64,000 nt of DNA from Octopus vulgaris (GCA_951406725.2 OX597826.1:20522001-20586000), one strand, 5' to 3'. Positions 27,977 through 43,285 are shown, counted from the first letter of the stretch. Numbers and translations are program-made. Notes: generated by a model not told the origin, from the letters alone.

Positions 27977-29429
27977 TTTTGATTGTTTTCAGAACCAGTC
28001 CAACCAATTTATTGCCTTATTTATTTGTGCCAATTCCATTTAAATGCAGAAACAACCGATGCCAAACTTTATTCCAGCCGTTAATAAAATTCATCAAATT
28101 CTCTTAAAAGTTTTAGTTTCTCGTTAGAAAATGTGCTAAAAATGTCCCATTACAGCTGCTACATCTTGCTTTGTTATAATTCTTTGTAAAAACAAAGAAT
28201 TTAACAATGAAATTACTTCATTCATAGTTTTGAATCTATAAAAGAGAAATGTTTTCAATTTGGTATGAATTCGCCAGAAATGGGAAACCATTTCTAATTA
28301 ATGAAATATGAGAATATCAAGCGAACGATATCTCTTGAAAATATTATGCGATTTTAATAAGACCGATTCTATCTCCGAAACCAAAATGGCCATGTATGCA
28401 TATAATAACCTTAAATTCCATGTCAATAATTAAAAACAATAAAAACGAAATTAAAAATAAGAGGAAAAATAGAGAAAGTAACTGTTTATGGAGAAGGATA
28501 AGAAGAAAAAAATGATTGGGAAAAATTAGATTGCAATGTTGAAAATATAATTGTTATAATCGATCATTTTATTTTAATCTGCAGCAATTTAGCAGAATTA
28601 ATGTGATGGAGTTATGAGTCAGAGTTAATGAGTGATTAGCTAATTACTTTAGCACTCGGAAATATTCCGGGTTTGTTTTGTGCTTTTCTTACTTTTTTTT
28701 TTAGGGAATAATATTGAATTTTGGGGTCTGTTTTATTCTCGGTATGGTTTCCCTTCAGATAAGGGAATCTGAAATAATATGTAGATAAATACGAGAACTG
28801 GGTTAACAGAGCAAATAGAAAACATAGTAGAGAGAGGGGGGGAGACGGTGGAGAGATGAGGGGGAAGGAGGAGGGGAGAGAGGGAGAGAGAAGAGAGGAA
28901 GAGTGGACAGAGGGGAGGGTGAAAGGGTTAGGGCGGAGGTAAGACAAAAATATGAATTAAAATCGCAAACAAATAAAAAATACAATGGAATATGTCTTTC
29001 ATGGATATATAAAATCTGTTAAGTCGAACGCTTAAAATATGGGAAGTTGTGGCTATTATATTTTTCTCGTTAGCATTAATGACTTAAGCCAAATAATACT
29101 ACTTAAAACATTAATCCCAGTTGTATCACTTACACACACACACACTCACTCTCTCTCACCCTCACACCCTCTCTCTCTCTCTTTCCGTCTTTTACTAATC
29201 ATTCTGTGGAGCAACAGCAGCGCCCTTGACTATGTTCTAGGCCTCCTAAACTGGTGGAAGGAACGAAGTTATTCTAAGACCGAAGACAATCCAAATGCTT
29301 GCAACAGAGCAGACACCACTAATGAAACGATAGAACACCGAACTAAGTGACTGTATATACATATTAGTAATATGCATACACATATACATATATACATACA
29401 TACACACACACACACATATATATATATAC

Positions 29430-29539
<110 letters not shown>

Positions 29540-29541
29540 CA

Positions 29542-29633
<92 letters not shown>

Positions 29634-29974
29634 CATATACATAATAAACCTTTACATAAATAAATAACATGAAATACACGAAGGGACGAACAAAAAGACA
29701 AACGGGTCATTCAAAGCCTTCATTCTTCAGTCAGAAACTGATCCCTCATCGCAGATTTCGGCTGTTTAATTATATATATATGCAAATTTGTTACCAGTTC
29801 ATATATGGCTGAGGCATACTGGAACCCGAAGGAAAGTCATTCATTGGGTTGGAGAAAATTTCTCGCTGTTGACAGATGAAATCATACTGAGTCACTTCAC
29901 CGCTTAACCAGACTGTTGGATACATACATTTGAGAGTGGTTATCTCCTCTTCAACAACATTTTATAAATAAATA

Positions 29975-30088
<114 letters not shown>

Positions 30089-30447
30089 TTTAAATTGCGC
30101 CTTGGATATCTTTGAAGTCATTAATTCCGCACATGGGATGAAATATATACCAGTAATATAATGAGGTACATTTGAATTTATTACTCGTAGAATAAAATAA
30201 ACAAGCAAAAATATTCATTTATAAGTCTAATTGTGGGATAAGTCCATCTGGACGTTGATGTGAGTACAGACAGTTAACTGGTCCCTCAATGGGCCATTGC
30301 AAAGCGTTCTGTCACACATGAATTTACGATCGAGAAGGCATGTTCCATAGTCTTTGTCCTCTATACACACGTAAAAGTCAATAGACTGCAGATTAAAAGA
30401 AAGGAGCGCAAAAGAGAAGGAAGATAAAGCAACAATTTACATCTTAC

Positions 30448-30599
30448 TTGTTTCAATATTTCAGGGTTGATAATCTCTACAAGATAAAATTGGTAAATGT
30501 TATCGAGCTGGTATCTTGGGTGCATATGCATAGGAAGGGATTGTGACATGCGCTGAATGGTAATGCTACAATAACCAATTTGGCTCGCAGAATTCTCGT
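30448..30599 (-). other. Candidate exon (152 nt)
   Basis: Acceptor ttttttctgtcaatag| and donor CAA|gtaaga. One open frame, DENSASQIGYCSITIQRMSQSLPMHMHPRYQLDNIYQFYLVEIINPEILKQ. Confidence 0.4.
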
Positions 30600-31689
30600 C
30601 TATTGACAGAAAAAACCCACCACTTCGACCCCATCCTCCCTTTTCTTCTGGCAAGGAGGTATTAACTCCAAAATACAAAAATACAAGCTAAAGTATAAAC
30701 CCTTCTTTTTGCCTTCCTTATTTCTGTCTTTACTTTTTATATTTCAATTTGCACCGCAATGGCTTTGGAACAATTTTTCTCTATCAAAACGATATTTCAC
30801 TTCAAGTACACTACACTAATTGTTCAGAGCAATATCTCCACAGTAAACTGATGAATAAGTATATTATCGGTGAATTTAAGCAAAAAATTGTTTTAGAGTT
30901 TTGTATAATAATAATTGTAAATGGGAAAAAGAAATGGAATGGTGGATTTTAATATTTAAATGTTTTTGAGTGAGAAACATCAATATGAGGTCCTACTTCG
31001 TAAGCATGATCCCAACAGATGTTGGCTCCATGCGTAGTGAGGTGCCATCGCTGCCGGCCAAATTCACAATTTGTTATAGTCAGAAATGGCAACGAAAGTT
31101 TTCATATTTTTTGGTTTATTAAGAATAAGGTTCAATTTTTTTCTGTTGAATTCCACAATCGCAAAATCTTTCCTCCTTTACTCCCAAAAGCCTTACAATT
31201 CAGTAAGGTATTTAATAACATTGGTGAGACATATAAGAGACGAATGATGCATTTCAGGAGGTCTCTCGTGTTATATGGTGGCTCCTTTTAGACCAAACAG
31301 GAAGGTTTTCGATAGAAAGATTCGGTGGCACTGACGTTTACAAATTTGTCGGCTTTACGATTTTTTCTATTTGAGAAATAAATAATTAAAAAAGGAACTA
31401 ACTTTCAGCATTGAAGCGCATGGAGAAAACCTATTTTGCTACATAAATTACGACATGGATGATAATACAACAAACCAAACTAACCGCAAAAATGCAATTT
31501 TCAGCAGAATCATGTCTTGTCCATCCTGTGGCAAATTATCCCCCCCCCCCCAATGTTACTGTATAGAAGGAATATACCATCCCACGTTTGTAGCACAAAC
31601 CACTATTTAGGGCGAACAGAGTTAAAATTTTAAAATAGCTATAATTAGTATATCCAATCCTTTTGATCTAGAAATAAAATATATCTTAC

Positions 31690-31800
31690 CTGTGTATCTA
31701 AGAGCGTCTGGAAGTTGTAGCAAAATGGAACTGGCAATATTTCTTTAACTTAGAGTATAATTGATACAAGAGTCAAATTGATTCGAAAGATGCAACCAAG
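31690..31800 (-). other. Candidate non-coding exon (111 nt)
   Basis: Long pyrimidine tract ...ttgcatttctcag| and donor CAG|gtaaga; stops in all three frames. Confidence 0.45.
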
Positions 31801-32165
31801 CTGAGAAATGCAATAATGTAAAATATAAAAGAACAAGATCGGAAACTGTATGTATTGAAACATCCTTGCAAACGACCGGTCATTGGTGTAAGTAATAAGA
31901 TATAGAGCAGGCCAGTAACGTTTGTGTTATTCAATGTCAACTTGTTGTACAAAAGAGATCACACAAGTCTACCACCTTCAACATGTGACCAATGTTCACT
32001 AATGAAAAGTAAGACGCATCTTTGGAAGCTCGCAATTAGTTCATCTTTTGGTGCTCGGAGAAGCGGCAAAATGTGTGTATATAGTTTTATATATGTATAT
32101 ATATATATATATTTGTGTGTGTGTGTGTATGTGTATGTGTGTATCAGTATTTATGTATATATAGA

Positions 32166-32228
<63 letters not shown>

Positions 32229-32291
32229 AGGTATGTGTTTGTATATATGTATGCATAGATCTCTGTCTCTCTCTCTCTTTCTCTGTCTCTC

Positions 32292-32403
<112 letters not shown>

Positions 32404-32550
32404 TTTGCTTATATGTATTATATGATTTTGAGATATTTATGTTTCTAAAAGTATGTTCCAATTTTACTTCAACTTTTCCGATAAAATATAAAATATGGCT
32501 TCATTCAAGTAATAACCACTTCATTTCATTTTGATCTATCGTCTGCTTAC

Positions 32551-32850
32551 TCGATTTTCCTATCTTCTGTCACAACTCTGTGCAGTAAAGTCGATGTTAT
32601 ATAGCCGAGAGCATAGCAACACTTTTGCTGGCAATGGTGCTTGCCGCAGGCTGTGACTGGCTCAGACAATAAATAATGGCGAACGAACACGACACAAATT
32701 AGTGAACGAGAAGAATTGACTTTGCAATAAACGCCAGAAATATAGTTGACGACCTTGGCAAAGTGGTCATGTTATGAACTAGCGGAGAGAATGCCAATTC
32801 TCCTCTAACGACTCAATAACTGTCAACGTTCGTCTATGTATTAACCCATC
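32551..32850 (-). other. Candidate first (non-coding) exon; 5' boundary approximate
   Basis: Unique, GC-richer sequence ending in donor CGA|gtaagc, just downstream of paired CCAAT boxes. Confidence 0.3.
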
Positions 32851-32884
32851 TGTAACACCGTGCCGAACAAAGATTACGTCTAGC

Positions 32885-32945
32885 TTTTTCATTGGTTGAT
32901 AAGCTGACGTGAAATATTTATGTGTTATGCGGCCATTGGTTGGCG
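32885..32945 (-). promoter_or_regulatory. Promoter-like cluster: two CCAAT boxes and a CRE-like TGACGT
   Basis: attgg at 32891 and 32935 (AACCAATG on -), tgacgt at 32905, tgataa at 32897. Confidence 0.4.
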
Positions 32946-33769
32946 AATGAATTGTTGTTTTTATTGCTTAACATTTTCATAGCAGCCAAATGTTAGCATA
33001 CAGCCACAATATAGTTCATATTTACTAATCTATTGCTTTGCTACTTCGGCTCGTAATTCTTTGAAAGAACAATAATTCTATATTAAAGAAAATGCTAAAA
33101 TGGAATTTGAATTTTGAATAAACTACATTTAAACATTAATCAGAAACCGTCTAGAACTTTCCTTCCATTTTCCAGATCAATTATTCTGTTTATATGTCGT
33201 GAGGAAGAGACCCATCCTAGTTACCCTAATCTTAAAATAATGAGTAAAACCATACAGACGACCGGGCATATTTTATTTATTCTAAATAGTTTTTCCTTAA
33301 CTGAATTATGACAATGTTAAGTGATATATGTCACATTTACTTTAAAACCTTCGTAAATATAGAACCAATAATCTTTCACGGAAGCGATTTCCCTGATAGG
33401 AAAGGGGGAGAGGTTTGGGATTATAATTGCATCGGTTCCGACTAGACATTTTAAAAGTAAGAAAAACTATGTTGTCAAAAGAGTGAACATATTCTATGGT
33501 TTGGAACCAAATTCATGTCCAAAAACACTGAAGTGTGAAGTCTCGTAACAGACACAGCCATAACATACTGAAATACTTTCTTCTTTTCTTTATATTCTAT
33601 ATTTTATGACCGTTCTTTCTTATTGGAGTAAATCTATTTAACCACCGGCACAGCGTCTCAATGATGTTTCATATACATTCAATTAATTTTGGGATATGAT
33701 TGAATAATCTCACTCCTTAGCAAGTCTACAAAATAGTGGGGAAGGACTTGAAGCACCGAGAGAGAGAGA

Positions 33770-33827
<58 letters not shown>

Positions 33828-35044
33828 ACCCAGCATTTAATTGATGCTTTATATATCTAGAATCCAGAAGAATGAAGAAGAAGAAGAAAGGCTACCTCGG
33901 TGGGAATTGAACTCCTCAAATGGCACAGATCTGGAACAAATAACCGGGTTGTCTTAGAGACGGACCCTTTTGTTAATGTAATCTCGGGGTCTCTGCCTTC
34001 CATCACAGGTTTGCTTCATCAACGTTGACCTGGGGTTAAACAACAACAACAATATCATAATATTGATTTTGCTTGACAGGATTTAATAGAAACTATAGAC
34101 ATTGACGGTGGTGAGCTGGCAGAACTGTGAGCACGCCATGCAAAATGCTTAGCGGCATTTCCACCGTCTCAACGTTCTGATAATGATGTGTAGGGACACC
34201 GCATTTTGTTATGCAATCACAATATAATATAAAGTAGCATGTTGTGGTTAATTTATAGAAAAACAATGTTTAATATATCTCGTAGCTTATTCTGGTTGCA
34301 TAACGAAATACGATTTCCCGATACGTCATTAAAATCTACGGAGCAGCTTCCAGGAATGTGTTTTATATGTCAAATTGGCCAATCCAATAACGTTACACCG
34401 CTGTATTTAGTGGCTATTTAAAGTAATGTGTTCATGGATGATTAATGGGTTGGATGGGTATTGATTAAGGGACAAAACTCCTGAAATAATTGCATATACG
34501 TCCATTTCCTATTTTTCGTCTTCGATCTCATTGCTTACATCAGGCGTCTCGGATACGAAACGTCGTAACAAAAATCTGTGCTGGCTATAATTTCTACAGA
34601 AAATGTGTAGAGATAACCGTAACAAGTTCTGTGTTCAAAGTAGGACTTAGATTGATTATTGAAAGGCCTTAAAAATATGTCATTATTTTTCTTGTTTTCC
34701 TTTCTATCTTTGATTAGTTCATTTTGAGTCCAGTTAAGAATATTTTAGCCGTAACTTATCACTGGGACAGCTAGAGTGTTGATACCTATTATCTTGTTTT
34801 TCGTATTGGACTCTGTTTTCAGTATTAATCTAACTCATCTATAGTATTCCTTTCTTATCTTCTCTCCAGAAGCAAGGAAAACTGATACAAATAGTCACAA
34901 AACACAAACAAAACAAAAAATTCGTTTTAGTCTTTAAATACAAAAAAGAAGTCATAGTACCTAGCAACTACGAAGAAAAAGATGAAACAACAAAAGCTGT
35001 AAAACAACTGAAATCCAAACCAAAATTGGAACAAAAAGGTATTA

Positions 35045-35305
35045 TGATCGGTCTGTAATTCTGTGGGTTTGCCGTTTCAGTGGATTTGCGAAATAGGATA
35101 GCTTTCTCTTCCATGAGTCATTGTCTCTGGCTCTGCTAGTATTTCATTAAATTTCTCAGCCAGCATTTTATTTATTCTTGTTAGATATTTTAACCAGAAT
35201 TTGGGGATCTTGTCATGCCCGGGTGACTTCCAGTTGCTTAGGTTTTGCAGAGCCTGGGTGACCTCTTCAGTTGTTATAGGAGTCCAGAGTTGTTCAGATG
35301 CTGTT
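35045..35305 (-). mobile_element. R4/Dong RT N-terminal fragment
   Basis: ITTEEVTQALQNLSNWKSPGHDKIPKFWLKYL followed by NYRPI, i.e. the start of the RT domain. Confidence 0.7.
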
Positions 35306-35340
35306 TATTATTTTGATAGATCTTTTATAATAATTGTAAC

Positions 35341-35390
<50 letters not shown>

Positions 35391-35429
35391 GTAATAATAA
35401 TAATAAGTATCATCATCATCATCATCATC

Positions 35430-35501
<72 letters not shown>

Positions 35502-35502
<1 letters not shown>

Positions 35503-36452
35503 GACAGAAGGACCAGGAAGTTGCTAACTAGATATGGGATACTCCATATAAATGTAAAAAAATGCTAGTGGGGATGGAAGAGAAAGCACTGTACAAGCAC
35601 TTGATAATGAATGAAACTGAAAATAGGTGGATAATGAAAAGAATGCGTGGACAATTTCATAGGGATGTTGAAGATAAGACAGACAGAGAAAGAAGAGGGC
35701 TATGGATAAATAAAAGTGATTTAAAATCGGAAGCGGAGGCTCTAATCTGTGCTCCCAAGGAGCAAGCATTAAGAACCAATTACATCAAATACAGAATAGG
35801 CAACACATCAGAAAGTGATAAGTGCAGAATTTGTAGACAAAATGGTGAAACCGTATGGCATATTACCGGTCAATGTACACCACTAGCCCAGAAGGAATAT
35901 AAGAGATGTCATGACAATATAGCAAGGAATGTCCATTGGACACTTTGCAACAAGTATGGACTTGACAGAGCAAAAAAGTGGTACGAACATAAACCCGAAA
36001 GAATCTTCGAAAATGATAATGCAAAGATCCCATGGTATTTTGTGATTTAGTGCGACCATGAAATAGAGAATAGGAAACCAGAGATAGTGTTGAGAAAGAA
36101 AGCAAACGATGCTGGATCATAGATATAGCATGCCCAGCTGACAACACGGTATACGATAAGGAAGAAAAAAAAGTCAATAGATATGACAGGTTAGCTGTCA
36201 TATCCATTGACTTTTGAAAAAGGTGGTAGTAGTACCAATAATTGTCGGAGCCCTGGGAACAGTGAGTAAAAATTTTGAGAGTACATGGAACAAATAAGGG
36301 CTGCAATAAGAGTGGAGCACTTGTAGAAAACAGCACTGCTTGGAACCGCTCGAATGGAAAGTGCTCGAAAAATAAGAGGTGTTACCTTAGTTCACTGGTA
36401 GAGAACAGCTGACACCATAGTACATCTCCAGCGATAGAAGCTGTGCAAATTC
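35502..36452 (+). mobile_element. R4/Dong 3' fragment (CCHC knuckle and restriction-like endonuclease), decayed
   Basis: GQFHR...LKSEAEALICAPKEQALRTNY...CRICRQNGETVWHITGQC...HDNIAR.VHW...WYEHKPE, then KPEIV and IDIACP; flanked by (AAT)n. Confidence 0.85.
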
Positions 36453-36517
<65 letters not shown>

Positions 36518-36529
36518 TAATAATGATGA

Positions 36530-37220
<691 letters not shown>

Positions 37221-37229
37221 AATTATTAA

Positions 37230-38030
37230 TTCGTTTATTGGCCACAAAGGCTTACATAAAATTGCATTAAAACATACAACGACATAAAAGACAAAAACAG
37301 GACGATACAATGCGTTTTATAACGTGTAAACAATATATATATAACCATTAAAAATTAAACAATTTAAAACTGCCAATATGCCAATACACAACTGGACTGG
37401 CAAAATATTTTGAAACATCTAACAACTGGATGCTAAAGCTCGTTGAAATCCATCATTCTTTTATGAAGGAGAAGAAAAAAATTTCAAGTGTGTCTATACA
37501 TAATACCCAGGTTGAACAGCATGAGGGAAGTGCAGCAACGTGAACGACAAGCACCAACCTCTTTGCTAACACTTTGGCCCAAATTTTGTAATCTGTATTT
37601 AGCAGAGTTATCGGCCTAAGGTTATCAACAATGTCCCTCCTTTTCGGATCCTTTCTCTGTAGCGTCACCACACCTCGGCTCACAGATCCGGGTATTATCC
37701 CCATTCTGCTGCCAGTTGCGGTAGACATGTCCCAAATGCTCACCAAACAAGCCTGGCATATGTATATAAAACTCGAAGGGCAGACCATCCTATTCCGGAG
37801 ACCTCTCTCTCATACAACTAGCCAACGCGTCACATATATCTTCAGCTGTTATCGGCATTTCGCAGAACTCCACATCCCTAGCCAAAAGTCGCGGTATGTC
37901 ACCAAGACAGGAAGTGAAGTTTACCTCCGCCTCTGGGCCACCGCGCACCACGTATATAGTTCAGCAAAGTGCCGCTGAAATTCCGCATAAATCTACTTCA
38001 ATTCGTGTAGCATGCGCCTGTTCCGATCCC
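37230..38030 (-). mobile_element. L1/Tx1-like LINE fragment (RT start joined to a probable 3' end)
   Basis: GIIPGSVSRGVVTLQRKDPKRRDIVDNLRPITLLNTDYKIWAKVLAKRL contains the RPIxLLNxDYKI motif of L1/Tx1; segment ends 'gcctttgtggccaataaacga'. Confidence 0.75.
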
Positions 38031-38049
38031 TCATAATAATAATAGCAGA

Positions 38050-38790
38050 GTAATATCCTGAAATATGAAATCAACTCATCATGCCACAAAAGCGGAGAGC
38101 ACACAGAGACAATCGACTCCATAATCTCTGGATGCATCAGACTGACACCAACAGAATACTTGCGAGGATGTGACAGGGCAGCTCACTACATGCACAGGTC
38201 AATGTGTCGCACATGCAGTTTCCCTCACAAAAGCAATTGGTGAGAATACAAGCCATCACAAGTTGCCTAAAATGCAGAGTTGCCATCCTTGTAATTTCAG
38301 TGTTCGGACTGATTGGGAAATACAAGCAAATCAACCTGATTTCATTGTGAAAAATCATATTGGAAAGATTTGTCTTCTGATTGATGTTGCAGCTCCTGCC
38401 GACAACGATACATCTCTGGAAACGTTTGAAAAACTGAGCAAGGGCGTGGATATCGAAAATGGACGAATGTGGCATCTCGAAACAACATCATAACATATTG
38501 TTATTGGGGCATTTAGAATGATATCTAGAGGAGCAAACAAATATGTAGATCAAATCCCTGGCAGCGCTAAGATAAGCGAATTAAAAAAGATCATAACTTA
38601 TGGCTACCTCACATATTCTGCGTAAATTCCTTTCCCTGTAAACGCAACCTTACTCTGTGTGTTTTTTTCTTCTTCCACAGACACCAATGTTTTTCATTTG
38701 CATGGCATTTCACTTTGTTATCCCTTCTCGTCTCTGGTTGAGACTTGGGTGCAACTCGTATAAATTAAAGCAAAACCGAGACATATGATA
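38050..38790 (+). mobile_element. R4/Dong 3' fragment (RLE domain), same family as 30-345
   Basis: TDWEIQANQPDFIVKNH...CLLIDVAAPAD...EKLSK...RMWHLET..IVIGA (PD-x-D-EK endonuclease pattern); shared 3' UTR. Confidence 0.8.
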
Positions 38791-38810
38791 ACAACAACAA
38801 TAATAATAAT

Positions 38811-38968
38811 TGGTTTCAAATTTTGGCACAAAGCCAGCAATTTCGACGCCGAAAGAATGAAAGGCAAAGTCGACCTTGGCAGAATTTAGACTCAGAGCGT
38901 AAAGACGGGTGAAATGCTACTGACCATTTTTGCTCAGCCCATTAACGATTCTGTCAGCTCATCATCTA
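38811..38968 (-). mobile_element. Family-A SINE with internal deletion
   Basis: 'gaaagaatgaaaggcaaagtcgaccttggcagaatttagactcagagcgtaaagac'. Confidence 0.7.
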
Positions 38969-39908
38969 ATTAATAAGAACACAAGTTTAAACTTGGATTT
39001 TGCAAAATCGTTTCTGTTTCCCCGTCACTCTCATTCTCTATGCTGGCTTCGTTCATTGTATTTTCTCTGATTCCATGTAAAGATTCTAAAATTAAAAAAA
39101 AGAATAAAATAAAATTTAAGAATTCAAAAGTTTTCAGAAATACTTTTGTTTATTTGTACAATTTTCTTTTACAAAATTACCGGTTGTCACGTGGACCTGT
39201 GGCGAGTTGACGACCTCTTCCCCATCTTATGAAGTTTTAAGATGACATCTTCTCACCTTAAGTTTTAAGGTGTTCTCTCCCCCATCCTGTCGAGTTTCCA
39301 GATGACCATTCCTTTCCCTCGTTGATCCTTCAGACTTTAAGTTCGGGCTGACCTATCATGCCTTTATTCACTATTGTTTTCCTTTATGTTTCTGCAAAAA
39401 AACAAAACAAAAAAAAACACTGGCAAGATGAGGTGTCGAAATGGAAAAGTCTCAGACGGGGCAGAGGACAGGTAAATCTACACCTGTGTGCCGAATTTTT
39501 AAGGTGTGTATGTGTGTGTGCGTGGGAGAGGGCGCTCTCTACGGGGGCTTAGATTATGGTAGGTTCTCTTGATAGAACTAGTGATTCTGTCGTCTTTTTG
39601 GTGCGTCTGCTATTGCTGCTGCTGCTGCTAGTACTGTCGCTGTGGACTGTTCTTATTGCTCAGCTACTGCTGCTGCAGCTGCTGGTGTCGTTAGTACTTC
39701 TATTGCCGTTGTTGTTGTTGTTGATGTCGGTGTTGTTGTTCAGTTGCAAGACAAAGAAGGAGGAGGAGGAGGAGAGTCAACAATGTTATTTAAAGCTATT
39801 TTAGTGAACTAAATGGCTGTGTAATTGAAACCGATTTTACTTAGCGTTACTGCTGCTGCTGCTGTTGCTGTTGCTGGTGCTGCTGGTGCTGCTGCTATAC
39901 ATTATAAA

Positions 39909-39984
39909 TCAGTTACTGAGCACACAACCAATAAACAGTGACAGCAACAGCAACCAACACCATAAACCAGCCATTGATGTAAGT
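39909..39984 (+). promoter_or_regulatory. Candidate TSS (Inr TCAGTT) and 68 nt first exon with consensus donor
   Basis: TCAGTT at 39909-39914 and GAT|gtaagt at 39979, in a CAG/CTG-rich, repeat-poor island. Confidence 0.45.
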
Positions 39985-40071
39985 AATATAACTCAGTGAC
40001 AGCAGAAGAGATTGGCATCTAATACCCTCTTCCCACTGATACACCCCAATTTAACCGAACATTTTTATATA

Positions 40072-40106
<35 letters not shown>

Positions 40107-41967
40107 GAGAGAGAGAGAGAGGGAGAGAGAGAGAGAAGGAGAGAGCAAGAGAAAGCCAGCAGGTGGTGGCGGAGAGATGGAAAATCTTGAAAATATACTT
40201 TACGGCTTTTAATTTTGTCTTCAAGAAACGAGTACAATGCATACATTCCTCACAATTTTTCCTGTGTTTATTAATATTCTAACAGAAGAAAAACTACAAA
40301 AAAACGACACCCCCACATATATATAAGTATGTGTGTATATATGTATGTATGCATGTATGTATATATGTATTGGGTGTATATGTAATACACTTGGTGTGGT
40401 TTTTTTGTTTTTATGTTTGTTTTCATAAGAGATATTGTGTGTTTATTTATGATGTTGCTGATGTTCAGTGGATAAACACACTCAGTGCTGCTGTCAAGAC
40501 ATTTCTTTAGCAACAGAGACATCCGTTTGCTGGAGGCTACCATTATGGATAAAAATAATATACAAAACGTATTTGTTGCTGCACACAAATGAAGTCTTCA
40601 CTGTTAGACGCTGATTTAGGCTTGATTAACTTATAACTTCAAGAAAAGACCAAACTTTCAAATAGCTTTTCTTGCTCTAACTCCTAGAACTAACACAGTT
40701 TTTTTCTCCCATTTTTCTTTTCCTATATTCACAAAAAAAAGCCATCTTTGATACACTTTTCATTCGAGTTAGTGTGAAGGATTAGTCGTTCCATTAAGAT
40801 TTCGTACAGAGTTAACTTTCTTAAGAAGACGATAAATCGAAAAAAAAAAAAAGGAAACAATATTTTTGCTTTTTTTTTTATACATTATTGTAATCATTAA
40901 TATAATAACTAATAAAAAACTATATTATGATATATTTATAAATATTATCATAGCATTTTAAACGTGCTTCTGACTGGTTCGAATCACTTGGGAAACGAGT
41001 GTTGTAATGGGGATTAATAGAAATATATACTTAAAGCTAATCTAATTGATGTCGCAGTAATAATATTCCTGACACAATACTACTGACAGCAAACTCAAAG
41101 GAAAACATTTCTAACGCTGTTTTACATCGCTGCAGGCCAGAAAGTTTTGTCTTTCAATATTCGCTCTGTAATGAGATGATATTGAAATACAACAACAAAT
41201 ACAAAGTTGAAGAAGAAATAATGTTACCTTGTTTTTGTCTTTCTTCTGATATTATAATATTGTTTCTTTCTTTCATTTTTTATCGTCCCCCAAACTATAT
41301 TTTCTTTGGTCACAATTAGAATATATCCATTTCATTTATTTCACAGCTTCAGGGGAGATAAATTGTGAACTGGTCTAGAATAACAGCCATGTTTTGATAG
41401 CGACACTATGAATATCACTAAACATTATGTACTAACAATAATATCGATTTTTTTTAATAGGCACAAGGTCAGGCATTTGGTAGAGGTGGTGGGGGAGAGA
41501 AGTTAGTCAAATATATCGACCCCAAATACTGGAATAATATTAATTTTATCGACACTGGACGGATGAAAAACAAAATCGACTGCGGTGGGATTTGAACTTA
41601 TAACGTAAAGGGCCATCATTAAACACCGCAAAGTACTTGCTCAATGTTCTAACAATCCCACTAAACCGCAGCCTGTCTATCAGCCTTCCTATTACCCTTA
41701 TTTCGATATTGTGGGTACCACCAAACCCCGTAGGTTTTGATAATTTTATGCCTTGATGTTGATCTTGTTTTTTTTTTTTTTTACCGACTGAATTCTTCTA
41801 AAGAAAGATCTGGTTTCATTGGAAGGTCTATTGCTGGAATTTAGCTCATAAGAATTGTTACCAAAATTGCGTACTTTTAGAAAATTCCTGCATATCTTTT
41901 ACAGGTATTTGTGTGTTAGCTGGTCACGTTCTTTTACTAGAAAACATTGCTGAATTTGTCTGTGACT

Positions 41968-42092
<125 letters not shown>

Positions 42093-42148
42093 GTATGTAT
42101 ATGTACACATCTACACGTCTATATGTATTATATAACTTAGGTATATAA

Positions 42149-42660
<512 letters not shown>

Positions 42661-42726
42661 ACAAAATAGTAAATATATGGCACAACTAAGTACCGATAAG
42701 TTGTGCCATATATTTACTATTTTGTG
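42661..42726. repeat. Perfect 25 bp inverted repeat with 11 nt spacer
   Basis: aaaatagtaaatatatggcacaact / agttgtgccatatatttactatttt. Confidence 0.9.
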
Positions 42727-42817
42727 TATTTTTCCCTCACGGGCTTTACTGGAAGGCGATACCTAGTATTGCATTACTATATATATATATATATATAATA
42801 ATAGTAATAATAATAAT

Positions 42818-43189
42818 ATTAGGGAGTAAATCCAAACTTACAGGGAAATATTGAACTTTTAATACTTTTTGATAGTTATATAATTTACAAAAAAAAAAAT
42901 ATAAAAAATAAAATAATAAAATAATAAAATAATAAAATAATAATAATAATAATAAAAAATAAATACATAAATAAAAAAAATGAATATATATATATATTTA
43001 AAATTTATAAGTTTAATTTATTTAAATAATTTAAAAAATTTTAACTTTAATTTAATTATTTTAATTTGGAATTTTATATTTCATATTTTTTATATTTATA
43101 TTTTATATTTTTAAATTTATTTTTTTCTAGGTATTGGCTTATGATTTCCACTGTTTGATTTGCCTAATAGTGGTTTTATCTCTAATTTA

Positions 43190-43197
<8 letters not shown>
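42818..43197. mobile_element. Remnant of the same pseudo-LTR family as 11761-12171
   Basis: Left end 'attagggagtaaatccaaacttacagggaaa' matches 11761; right end 'gtttgatttgcctaatagtggttttatctctaattt' matches 12126-12160. The middle is extremely AT-rich sequence. Confidence 0.7.

Positions 43198-43285
<88 letters not shown>

Noticed and set aside
27977-27994. miR-315-like TTTTGATTGTTTTCAGAA
   Set aside because: Imperfect match at the end of a (CAA)n tail, with no complementary star arm.
29670-29770. GAAA...CTGAAGA on the minus strand of family F as a type II hammerhead
   Set aside because: Could not build consistent stems I-III.
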